The notes under the pieces were generated by a model, which saw only the letters and a program-made list of their open reading frames with translations, did no database searches and had not been told where the DNA came from. Below, piece after piece: positions 53,485 to 62,182 of a stretch of 64,000 bases of DNA. This stretch comes from Chthoniobacterales bacterium (GTDB taxonomy: Bacteria > Verrucomicrobiota > Verrucomicrobiia > Chthoniobacterales > Chthoniobacteraceae), in the NCBI GenBank assembly GCA_038207335.1, contig JBBQZX010000001.1:192001-256000 (forward strand), written 5' to 3'. How positions within the stretch are numbered: the first letter of the stretch is position 1; each line of letters starts with the position of its first letter. A program made the position numbers and the translations under genes.

Positions 53485-56166
53485 ATGACATCAGCATCAC
53501 AGGATTCACCCGCAATCATCGGGCGATGGAATGTCTCACTCGATAGGCAAGGCGAGGCCTCCCGCGACGCGCTACGCCCGCTGGCTGAGCGGCATTGGTA
53601 TTGTGTCTATGCGTGGTGGCGGCGCGCAGGCGTGGATGCTGAAAAAGCAGACACTGCCACTCTCGCGTGCTTCACGCGCTGGCTCACGAGCGAGCCTCCT
53701 GCGCGGGAGGAAACCAATGCTACGCGGATGCGCGAATGGCTGCCCGCGCGCCTCGCGGAACTCGCCGAGCGTGGCGTAAAGCTGACCGATCCCGCCGCCA
53801 TCGCGATCGATCCCGAATCGGCCGAGCGCCGCTATGCCAGCGAGCCGGAAGGCGATCCCGACACCGTCTTCCACCGCCGCTGGGCGCTCACGATTCTGGA
53901 ATCCACGCACGACCTTTTGCGCGACGAACACGCCGCCGCGAATCGGGACGAGATGTTTGAGGATCTCGTTCCCTTCATCCGCTACGGCGGCACCGGCGAG
54001 GAGCGCTACAAGGCATTCGCCACGGCGCACGCGATGAGCGTGGGCGCGGCGCACCGGGCCGTGTTCGAGTTCCGCACGCGCTACCGCGAAGTCCTCCACG
54101 ATTTCATCCGCGACACGCTCGACGATGCCGCGGACCTCGCCAGCGAGATGACCTCCCTGCTCTGCGCGTGCGATTTCACCCCGCAGCAGGTCACGAGTCT
54201 CATGGCCGCCGCCGAGGACGACGGCGCACCCGCGGATCGCGTGGAGCATCCTCTCGCGCGCCGCCAGTTGCCCCCTGAGGAAATGCTCGCCCGCGCCATG
54301 CAGAGCGTCCAGATGAGCAGCGGCGGCGCGCACGGCTGGGAGCCCCCGACCGTCGAGGAAACTGCGCGGCTTTTCCCCGGCTACGAGGTGCTCGGCCTCC
54401 TCGGCCGCGGCGGCATGGGCGCGGTCTATCAGGCGCGGCAGACCTCGCTCGACCGACTCGTCGCCATCAAGCTCCTGCCGCTCGAGGTCAGCGTGGACCC
54501 CACTTTCGCCGACCGCTTCCGCCGCGAGGCGCGGGCGATGGCAAAGCTCAACCACCCGAACATCATCGCCGTCTTCGACTTCGGCACGACCATCGAGGGC
54601 CACCTCTTCATCGTCATGGAATACGTCGATGGCGCGAACCTCGCGTACATCATCCACCACAGCGGCCTCGACGCTGCGCAGTCGCTCTCCATCGTCGAGC
54701 AGGTCTGCTCTGCACTCGGCTACGCGCATGGCAAAGGCATCATCCACCGCGACATCAAGCCCGCCAACGTCATGATCGACACCGAAAGTCAGGTGAAGGT
54801 CGCCGACTTCGGCCTCGCCCGCCTCATCGACAACGCCGCGCCCGACCTCGGCCGCACCACGACCGGCACCGTCATGGGCACGCCCGATTACATGGCCCCC
54901 GAGCAGATGCGGGACATGAACGTCGATCACCGCGCCGACATCTACAGCCTCGGCGTCATGAGCTACGAAATGCTCTGCCGCGAAGTGCCAAAGGGCGCCT
55001 TCCGGCATCCCAGCGTCCGCACCGGCTGCGACCAGCGCATCGACCACATCGTCCTCAAGGCCATGCAGCAGGCCCCCGACCACCGCTACCAGAGCACGCA
55101 GGAGATGAAAGCAGACGTGCAAGCCGCGCGCACGCCGCGCATCGTCCCCGCACCGCAACCCGCCGCGCCGAGGCCAAAGCCACCCGCGCTCGCCCAGCGC
55201 GCGCTCGCCAAGCCCGTGCGTCCGTTCGCGCCATTGCCGCCGCCTGCGGCGAAAGGGCGCGCGCCATTGTACGTTGCCATCGCCGCCGCCATCATCGCGC
55301 TCATCGGCGGCGGTATCTATTTCGCAAAGGTGAAGCCCAACGCAATGACCCAAAACGCCACGAGCGCCCAGCTTCCCTCGCTCGCCGCCGCGACCAAGGA
55401 TGCACCGTTCGTGAACACCCTCGGCATGAAGTGCGTCCCCGTGCCAATCACCGGCGGGCCGACGGACGGGCAGCCCGTGCTCTTCAGCGTGTGGGAGACG
55501 CGCGTGCAGGACTACGAGGTATTTTCCCAGGAAACCATACGCCTCTGGCCAAAGGTCCAGTTCGAGCAGGGGCCGACGCATCCCGCAGTGAATGTGACAT
55601 GGGAGGATGCGACGGCATTCTGCGCGTGGCTCACCGAACGCGAGCGGAAGGTTGGTAAGATCAGTGCGGGCGAAGCCTACCGACTGCCGAGCGATCACGA
55701 GTGGAGCTGCGCCGTCGGCATTGGCGGGCAGGAAAATGCGGAGCGTCCCGCCGAAGAGAAGGTTGGGAAACTCGCGAATCTTCGTCCGTGGGGAATCGCG
55801 TGGCCGCCGCCGAAGGAAGCAGGAAATTACGGCTCGGAGGAGTTGAGGCGCGAAATCGAGACGGGCAAATTCGTTTCAGGTTATGGAGGCGTCATCGACG
55901 GATATTCGGATGGATTCGCGCACACCGCGCCGGTTGGGAGTTTCACGCCCAATGGGCTCGGCCTCTACGACCTCGGTGGGAATGCGTGGGAGTGGTGCGA
56001 AGACAGGTTCAACAGCCTACAACAGGACCGCGTGGAACGCGGAGCTTCGTGGGATAACCGCAACCCTGGGGAACTACTGGCGTCGCACCGCAATAAAAAT
56101 GCGTCCACCTTTCGCTCTCCCACCTCCGGCTTCCGCGTTGTTCTGGCGTCAGCGCCCTCTGGATAG
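53485..56166 (+). CDS. ECF-sigma-like domain, Ser/Thr kinase, TM helix and FGE-sulfatase domain fusion protein
   Basis: WYCVYAWWRRAG and PDTVFHRRWA (ECF-like); GRGGMG, VAIK, HRDIKPAN, DFG, GTPDYMAPE; TM; YRLPSDHEW, YDLGGNAWEW, GFRVV. Confidence 0.88.
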   Translation: MTSASQDSPAIIGRWNVSLDRQGEASRDALRPLAERHWYCVYAWWRRAGVDAEKADTATLACFTRWLTSEPPAREETNATRMREWLPARLAELAERGVKLTDPAAIAIDPESAERRYASEPEGDPDTVFHRRWALTILESTHDLLRDEHAAANRDEMFEDLVPFIRYGGTGEERYKAFATAHAMSVGAAHRAVFEFRTRYREVLHDFIRDTLDDAADLASEMTSLLCACDFTPQQVTSLMAAAEDDGAPADRVEHPLARRQLPPEEMLARAMQSVQMSSGGAHGWEPPTVEETARLFPGYEVLGLLGRGGMGAVYQARQTSLDRLVAIKLLPLEVSVDPTFADRFRREARAMAKLNHPNIIAVFDFGTTIEGHLFIVMEYVDGANLAYIIHHSGLDAAQSLSIVEQVCSALGYAHGKGIIHRDIKPANVMIDTESQVKVADFGLARLIDNAAPDLGRTTTGTVMGTPDYMAPEQMRDMNVDHRADIYSLGVMSYEMLCREVPKGAFRHPSVRTGCDQRIDHIVLKAMQQAPDHRYQSTQEMKADVQAARTPRIVPAPQPAAPRPKPPALAQRALAKPVRPFAPLPPPAAKGRAPLYVAIAAAIIALIGGGIYFAKVKPNAMTQNATSAQLPSLAAATKDAPFVNTLGMKCVPVPITGGPTDGQPVLFSVWETRVQDYEVFSQETIRLWPKVQFEQGPTHPAVNVTWEDATAFCAWLTERERKVGKISAGEAYRLPSDHEWSCAVGIGGQENAERPAEEKVGKLANLRPWGIAWPPPKEAGNYGSEELRREIETGKFVSGYGGVIDGYSDGFAHTAPVGSFTPNGLGLYDLGGNAWEWCEDRFNSLQQDRVERGASWDNRNPGELLASHRNKNASTFRSPTSGFRVVLASAPSG

Positions 56167-56223
56167 CCAGCTCAGACAACAACCACGCTCACTACCACCA
56201 CGAAGGACGCGCCATTTGTGAAC
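56167..56223 (+). pseudogene. in-frame remnant of a second FGE-domain repeat after the kinase stop codon
   Basis: Translates PAQTTTTLTTTTKDAPFVN; TKDAPFVN is identical to the peptide at 55393-55416 but uses different codons. Confidence 0.7.
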
Positions 56224-56255
56224 AGGGTCAGCTCGTGCTGCCTTGCGTGGATTCT

Positions 56256-56906
56256 TCAAAAGCTATCCGTCGGCGCGCGCCGATATTGTTCGCGGCGGCC
56301 GAGTTGGGCGGCGTGATGGACCAGATCTTTCGCCACGATCGAGGTGAAGAGCCCGACGCTGACACCCGCTCCGCGCAGCTTTTGGGCGACCCACAGGTTG
56401 CACATTTTCGGAAAGTAAAAGTGGCCGCGCGCGAGGTAGAAGCGGCTGTCTGGAAAGTAACCCGGGCCGATGGGAATCGGCTTCCCCGCTGGATCGAGGG
56501 CGAACGTGGCGTCGAATTCGCGGATGAGCGCACGGGCATTTTCTGCCGGGATGTCGAAGCGAATCACATCGCTGTGCGCAAATCTCCGCGCGAGCGCGCC
56601 GCGCACCGGGACGACATGCAGGGTGGTCGAATCGAGGCCGAAAATCGCGCGAAAGATCGTGAGGGGATCGACATGGCCTTGGTAGAAGCGGGATGCGCCC
56701 CAGCCGATGACGACGATGTCGGGGCGCGGGTCGGTGGTGATCATTTCCGCATGGGGAAAATCGCGCGCCCGGAAGGCGAGGGAGGAGTGAAAGCCATTGC
56801 TCACGAGCCACACGGGAAGCTCCGGATCCGACGGGCCGGCGATGCCGCCCGCCGCCCCGCAAAGCAAAACCGAGAGGCAAAGAACGAAAGCGCGCGACCG
56901 ATTCAT
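56256..56906 (-). CDS. DUF2459 family exported protein
   Basis: Signal peptide, NGFHS, GWGASRFY, FYLARG...CNLW. Confidence 0.75.
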   Translation of the reverse strand: MNRSRAFVLCLSVLLCGAAGGIAGPSDPELPVWLVSNGFHSSLAFRARDFPHAEMITTDPRPDIVVIGWGASRFYQGHVDPLTIFRAIFGLDSTTLHVVPVRGALARRFAHSDVIRFDIPAENARALIREFDATFALDPAGKPIPIGPGYFPDSRFYLARGHFYFPKMCNLWVAQKLRGAGVSVGLFTSIVAKDLVHHAAQLGRREQYRRAPTDSF

Positions 56907-56929
56907 GCGCGCACATTAGATACCCACCC

Positions 56930-57688
56930 GTGACATTGCCAAACGCCTCCGCGCCGACGATCAGCGTGATAATCCCCGTCTGGCGCGACCTCGAAGCGTT
57001 GCACGGCTTGGTGCCGTTTCTGCTATCGCAGCCCAGCGTGCGCGAGGTGATCGTCGCGCTCGCTGATGCCACGCCCGCGGCGCTCGCCACGGTGGAGCAT
57101 CTCGGCGCGCGAGTGATCGACGCGGGCACTCCAAACCGCGGCGCGCAGATGGATGCCGGTGCCGCCGGGGCCACCGGCGACTGGCTGCTCTTCCACCACG
57201 CCGATACCGAAATCACCGCCGCGCACATCGCCTCGCTCGCCGCCGTGTCGGACCGCGACGTGCCCGGCGGCGCGTTCTATCGCCGCTTCGATTCACGGCA
57301 TCCCCGGCTCATGTGGCTGGAGCCGATCGAGCGTTTCCGCAACCGCACCTCCGGCGCGCTCTACGGCGATCAGTCCATTTTCGCGCGCCGCGATGCCTTC
57401 AACCAACTCGGCGGCTTCCGCGGCCTGCCGCTCATGGAGGACGTGGATTTCACGCGCCGAATGCGCCGTGCCGGGCGCGTGATTTTACTCGATCCGCCGA
57501 TCGCCTCCTCGCCCCGCAAACACATCGCGCGCGGGTCTTGGCGCACCACTTTCCAAAACATCCTGCTGCTTGTGCTCTACTCGGTCGGCGTCTCACCGCG
57601 CCGTCTGCACGCATGGTATTACCCCGCATCTGCGGGAGAAACTTCGGACATTCGAGGGTCGCAGGTGGCGCGAGCGCCGAAGCCATGA
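56930..57688 (+). CDS. GT2 glycosyltransferase, arsenosugar/rSAM-associated type (TIGR04283-like)
   Basis: SVIIP, RGAQMDAGA, FHHADT, YGDQSIF, PLMEDV, SPRK. Confidence 0.85.
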   Translation: MTLPNASAPTISVIIPVWRDLEALHGLVPFLLSQPSVREVIVALADATPAALATVEHLGARVIDAGTPNRGAQMDAGAAGATGDWLLFHHADTEITAAHIASLAAVSDRDVPGGAFYRRFDSRHPRLMWLEPIERFRNRTSGALYGDQSIFARRDAFNQLGGFRGLPLMEDVDFTRRMRRAGRVILLDPPIASSPRKHIARGSWRTTFQNILLLVLYSVGVSPRRLHAWYYPASAGETSDIRGSQVARAPKP

Positions 57689-57694
57689 GATAAG

Positions 57695-59152
57695 ATGCTC
57701 GCCATGCCCGCCACCACCCCACAGCCTCCATCCAAATGGCGTGCCCGCTGGCACGCCTTTCGCCATCCCGTCGCCGAGGAAAAGGCCGCGATCCTGCGCG
57801 ACCGCTGGGCCTCGCTCCCGGCCGAGCTGCAGACGCCGAATCAAATCTCCGGACGGCATCTCACGCACTGCGGCTTCACGCTCGGCGCGAGCTTTTGCTC
57901 CTTCCACTGCACGCACTGCTACCTCCCGCAGAATGCCAACGACGTGCCGCTCCCATCGCTCGCGCAGATGAAAGACCAGATCGCTGCGAACCGCCGGATG
58001 CAGGGTCCGGGCGGCGGATTGCAGATCACGGGCGGCGACGTGGCCGACGCGTATTGGCGCAGCGGCCGGCAGGAGGAGCTAGTGGAAATCGTGCGCTTCG
58101 CCTACTCGACCGGCCTCGTGCCGATGCTGATGACCCACGGGCAGACGCTCATCGAGCACCCAGAGTTTTTAGAAAAGCTCGTCGTCGAAGGCGGCTTGCG
58201 GCAGGTCGCCGTGCATGTCGATATGACGCAGGCGGGCCGCCACGGATACCCGATCGGGCGGATCAAATCGGAGGCAGACTTGCATCCCGTGCGCGAGGCC
58301 TTCACCGAGCTCGGATGGCGCATCCGGGAGAAGACGGGCGCGGCGCTGGAGTTCGCGCACAACTGCACGGTCACGCGCAAGAACATCGATGGCGTGCCGG
58401 AGATCATCCGCTGGGCGCTCGCCGATCCGCGGCGCACGCAGCTCTGGCGGATGCTCAGCTTTCAGCCCGAGGCCGACACGGGCCGCACGATCTACTCCGA
58501 GCGCCCGATCACGCCGGCGCTGACTTGGGAGAAAATCTGCGAGGGCGTCGGCATGGACCTGCGCCGGGATGTCAGCATCTTCGGCCATCCCGACTGCAAC
58601 TCGTGGACTTCGCTGCTCGTCTCGCAGACGACCGGCGCGATCTTCCCCACGCTCCCCGACGACTCGAAATGGGACGCGATCCTCGGCCGCGTGCTCGAGC
58701 GCATCGGCGGCATTTCGTTGATGAACGACGACGCCGGTACGCCGCCATTTCGCATCCTCGGCGCGCTCGCGCACAATCCGCTGCTCGCGGTGAAGCTTCT
58801 CGCGTTCATGGCGAAATTCGCGGTCTCGGGCAAGATCCCCGCCGCCGTATCGCGCGATCTTTTGCGTGGAAAGGTGCACACCGTCGGGATCGGGATGCAC
58901 AATTTCATGGACGCCGCCGTCGTCGCCACCGCGGCGACCGACCCGGTCATCAAGTCGCGCCTCGACTCGTGCGTCTTCAAAGGCGCGGTGCGCGAAAACG
59001 GCGAGTGGACCGCCGTGCCGATGTGCCAGATGAATCAGGAGCGCTGGAGCAAAGTGTACGACGAACGCCTCGCCGATCCCGAGCTGCGGAATAAGCCCCA
59101 AGCCAACCGCATCCAAGCAACAGTGCCGCACGAAGAGCCGGTTGGCGTCTAA
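57695..59152 (+). CDS. radical SAM protein, COG1964/Tes-like
   Basis: CSFHCTHC (CxxxCxxC), QITGGD, SFQP, HPDC, HNFMD...RLDSC...VPMCQMN. Confidence 0.8.
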   Translation: MLAMPATTPQPPSKWRARWHAFRHPVAEEKAAILRDRWASLPAELQTPNQISGRHLTHCGFTLGASFCSFHCTHCYLPQNANDVPLPSLAQMKDQIAANRRMQGPGGGLQITGGDVADAYWRSGRQEELVEIVRFAYSTGLVPMLMTHGQTLIEHPEFLEKLVVEGGLRQVAVHVDMTQAGRHGYPIGRIKSEADLHPVREAFTELGWRIREKTGAALEFAHNCTVTRKNIDGVPEIIRWALADPRRTQLWRMLSFQPEADTGRTIYSERPITPALTWEKICEGVGMDLRRDVSIFGHPDCNSWTSLLVSQTTGAIFPTLPDDSKWDAILGRVLERIGGISLMNDDAGTPPFRILGALAHNPLLAVKLLAFMAKFAVSGKIPAAVSRDLLRGKVHTVGIGMHNFMDAAVVATAATDPVIKSRLDSCVFKGAVRENGEWTAVPMCQMNQERWSKVYDERLADPELRNKPQANRIQATVPHEEPVGV

Positions 59153-59163
59153 TTTTCCAACAC

Positions 59164-60330
59164 ATGAACCCATCCGAAATGCCCGTCGAAACCGCCGTCA
59201 AACAACGCTACGCCGCAGGTGCGCAGGCGCAGGAAGCAGCGCTCTGCTGCCCGGTCGATTACGATCCGCAATATCTGAAAGTGATCCCGCAGGAAGTCAT
59301 CGAGCGCGATTACGGCTGCGGCGATCCGAGCAAGCATGTGCGCCGCGGAGAGACGGTGCTCGACCTCGGCAGCGGCACCGGAAAAATCTGCTTCATCACC
59401 TCGCAGGTCGTCGGACCGGAGGGCCGCGTGATCGGTGTGGACATGACCGACGCCATGCTCGAAGTCGCGCGCCGCAACGCGCCGATCGTCGCCGAGCGCA
59501 TCGGCCACGCGAACGTTGAATTTCGCAAAGGCCGCATCCAGGACCTCGCGCTCGATTTGGAAAAGCTCGACGCCGAGCTGAAGTCGCGTCCCATCGCGAG
59601 CGCCGACGCCTTTCTCGCCGCCGAAGACCTCGCGCAGGAACTGCGGCTCAAGCACCCGCTCGTCGCCACCGAATCCATCGACGTCGTCGTCTCGAATTGC
59701 GTGCTGAACCTCGTCGAGCCGCGCGCCAAGCGGCAGATGTTCGACGAGCTTTTCCGCGTCCTGAAAATCGGCGGACGCGCAGTGATCTCCGACATCGTGG
59801 CCGATGAAGACGTGCCAGAGGAAATGCAGAACGACCCCGAGCTCTGGAGCGGCTGCATCTCCGGCGCGCTCACCGAGGGCGATTTTCTCGAGGCATTCGA
59901 GAACGCCGGATTTTACGGAATGCGGATTCTGAAACGCGACGAGGAGCCGTGGCGCACGGTCGGCGGCATCGAGTTTCGCTCCGTCACGATCGAGGCGTGG
60001 AAAGGCAAACAGGGCGCGTGTTTCGAGCACAATCAGGCGATCGTTTATCGCGGTCCGTTCAAGGCGGTGCTCGACGACGACGACCATCACATCACGCGCG
60101 GCGTCCGCCATGCCGTGTGCGACAAGACGTTTCAGCTCTTTAAAAAAGAGCCGTATGCGGAGCACTTCGACTTCATCGAGCCGCTGACCCCGATCGCCCC
60201 GGAAGCCGCTCTGCCATTTGATTCCGGGCGATCGGAACTCCGGCATCCGCGCGAAACCAAGGGCCTCGACTACGACGCCACGAGCGAGGAATCGAGCTGC
60301 TGCGGCTCGGACGGCGGCGGTTGCTGCTGA
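59164..60330 (+). CDS. arsM: arsenite methyltransferase-like protein with AS3MT-like C-terminal extension
   Basis: LCC, YGCGDP, LDLGSGTG, GVDMT, SNCVLNL, WSGCISGA; C-terminal CC...CC tail. Confidence 0.8.
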   Translation: MNPSEMPVETAVKQRYAAGAQAQEAALCCPVDYDPQYLKVIPQEVIERDYGCGDPSKHVRRGETVLDLGSGTGKICFITSQVVGPEGRVIGVDMTDAMLEVARRNAPIVAERIGHANVEFRKGRIQDLALDLEKLDAELKSRPIASADAFLAAEDLAQELRLKHPLVATESIDVVVSNCVLNLVEPRAKRQMFDELFRVLKIGGRAVISDIVADEDVPEEMQNDPELWSGCISGALTEGDFLEAFENAGFYGMRILKRDEEPWRTVGGIEFRSVTIEAWKGKQGACFEHNQAIVYRGPFKAVLDDDDHHITRGVRHAVCDKTFQLFKKEPYAEHFDFIEPLTPIAPEAALPFDSGRSELRHPRETKGLDYDATSEESSCCGSDGGGCC

Positions 60331-60334
60331 TGCG

Positions 60335-61291
60335 ATGAATCGGTTCGACACCGCCATCGCCGAACGCGGTCGCACACTGTATCGCGACGCCCCGGAGATT
60401 CTGCAAATCAACGTCGGCAAGCTGTGCAATCTCACCTGCTCGCACTGCCACGTGAATGCCGGACCGTCGCGCAAAGAGATCATGACGCGGGACACGCTCG
60501 ACCGGATTCTCGATTGGTTTGCCGACACCGACCTCCCGACGCTCGACCTCACTGGCGGCGCGCCGGAGATGATTCCCGACTTCCGCCACGCCATCGAGCG
60601 CGTCCGCGAAATGTCGCCGCGCCGCCGGATCATCGACCGCTGCAACCTCACGATTCTGCTGGAGCCCGGCTACGACGGACTCGCGGAATTTCTCGCCGAA
60701 AACGAAGTCGAGATCGTCGCCTCGATGCCGTGCTACTCGCCGGAAAACGTGAACGCGCAGCGCGGCGACGGCGTCTTCGATGGGAGCATCACCGCGCTGC
60801 AACTCCTTAACCGCCTCGGTTACGGCACGCGTCCCGAGCTCCCGCTGCATCTCGTCTATAACCCGAACGGCGCAAAGCTCCCCGGCCCGCAAGCCGAGCT
60901 CGAAGCCGACTACAAACGCGAACTCGCCGAGCATTTCGGCATCACGTTCAACAGCCTCTACACGATTACGAATCTCCCCATCTCGCGCTTCGCCAGCTAC
61001 CTGCGGCACGAGGGGAAATACGACGAATATCTCGCGCTGCTGATCGAGTCTTTCAACCCCGCGACTGTCGATGGCCTCATGTGCCGCAACACGATCAACG
61101 TGAGTTGGCAGGGCGAAACGCACGACTGCGACTTCAACCAAATGCTCAAGCTCCCGCTCGCCGGAAACGGCCGCGCTTTCGTCTGGGACCTCGATCCCGC
61201 CACGCTCGCAGGTCTCCCCATCGCCACCGCCGACCACTGCTTCGGCTGCACCGCAGGCGCCGGCTCGAGCTGCGGCGGCTCACTCCTCTAA
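60335..61291 (+). CDS. arsS: arsenosugar biosynthesis radical SAM ArsS-like protein (DUF3641 C-terminus)
   Basis: LQINVGKLCNLTCSHCHV, DLTGGAPE, ASMPCY, LMCR, DCDFNQML, HCFGCTAGAGSSCGG; ATG at 60335. Confidence 0.88.
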   Translation: MNRFDTAIAERGRTLYRDAPEILQINVGKLCNLTCSHCHVNAGPSRKEIMTRDTLDRILDWFADTDLPTLDLTGGAPEMIPDFRHAIERVREMSPRRRIIDRCNLTILLEPGYDGLAEFLAENEVEIVASMPCYSPENVNAQRGDGVFDGSITALQLLNRLGYGTRPELPLHLVYNPNGAKLPGPQAELEADYKRELAEHFGITFNSLYTITNLPISRFASYLRHEGKYDEYLALLIESFNPATVDGLMCRNTINVSWQGETHDCDFNQMLKLPLAGNGRAFVWDLDPATLAGLPIATADHCFGCTAGAGSSCGGSLL

Positions 61292-61292
61292 A

Positions 61293-62138
61293 ATGAAAAC
61301 AAACAACCTGAAATCGCTCGTCGTCATCGCCTGCGCGGTCGCGTTCATCGCCATCACCACCGGCTGCGCTACGGCCAAGGAAAAGCCGATCACCGTCGCA
61401 TTCCCCGCCGGCATCCACCACGAAGCGTGGGACGCGCTCGTGAAGAAATACGTGAACGAAAAAGGCCTCGTGGCCTACGCGAAATGGAAGGCAAACGCCG
61501 CCGATCAAAAAGCGCTCGCCGACTACCTTGCTCAGTTCGGGGCGAAGCCCGAGCCGGCGGCAAAAGGCGACGAGCTCGCGGCTTCCGGGATAAACGCCTA
61601 CAACGCCTTCGCGATCCACACGATCCTTGAAAACTACCCGGTCGAAAGCATCCACAAAATCTCCGGCGTCTTTGAAAATCGCGCCCATCTCATCGGCGGC
61701 AAAAAAGTCGCCCTCAACGACATCGAGCACGGCACCATGCGCCCGCTGCTCGGATACCGCGCGCACGCCGCGCTCGTCTGCTGCGCGCGCAGTTGCCCGC
61801 CGCTCCGGCGCTTCGCCTACACCGCCGCCGGCCTCGATGGCCAAATCGAAGTCGCCTATACGAACTGGCTCGCCCGCGAGGATCTCAACAAATACGAGCC
61901 CGACAAAAACCAGGTCGAGATTTCGAGCATCTTCAAGTGGTTCAAGGAGGACTTCGAAGCCGCCGGGGGCGTGCCGAAAATCCTCGGGATGTATGGCCCG
62001 CTCGCTCAGCGCCCGTTCCTCGCGAAAGGCGGCTACAAGATCGAAAACCTTCCTTACCACTGGGGTCTGAACGACCAAAGCGCCCTCGGCAAAGACTACT
62101 CGAAGAGCGACCTGATCTTCGACCACATCTTCAAGTAA
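61293..62138 (+). CDS. DUF547 domain lipoprotein
   Basis: Lipobox TTGC, INAYNA, LNDIEH, HAALVCCARSCPPL, SSIFKWF, YHWGLN. Confidence 0.88.
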   Translation: MKTNNLKSLVVIACAVAFIAITTGCATAKEKPITVAFPAGIHHEAWDALVKKYVNEKGLVAYAKWKANAADQKALADYLAQFGAKPEPAAKGDELAASGINAYNAFAIHTILENYPVESIHKISGVFENRAHLIGGKKVALNDIEHGTMRPLLGYRAHAALVCCARSCPPLRRFAYTAAGLDGQIEVAYTNWLAREDLNKYEPDKNQVEISSIFKWFKEDFEAAGGVPKILGMYGPLAQRPFLAKGGYKIENLPYHWGLNDQSALGKDYSKSDLIFDHIFK

Positions 62139-62182
62139 GCAGCGGCGCTCGTGACCTGCGAGGAGCGAGAATTCTGCACTGA

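Noticed and set aside
60322..60333. TGC TGC TGA TGC at the end of arsM as a possible selenocysteine codon
   Set aside because: Read-through would run out of frame deep into arsS, no SECIS-like hairpin was evident, and CC-stop tails are normal for ArsM; arsS itself has Cys in SSCGG
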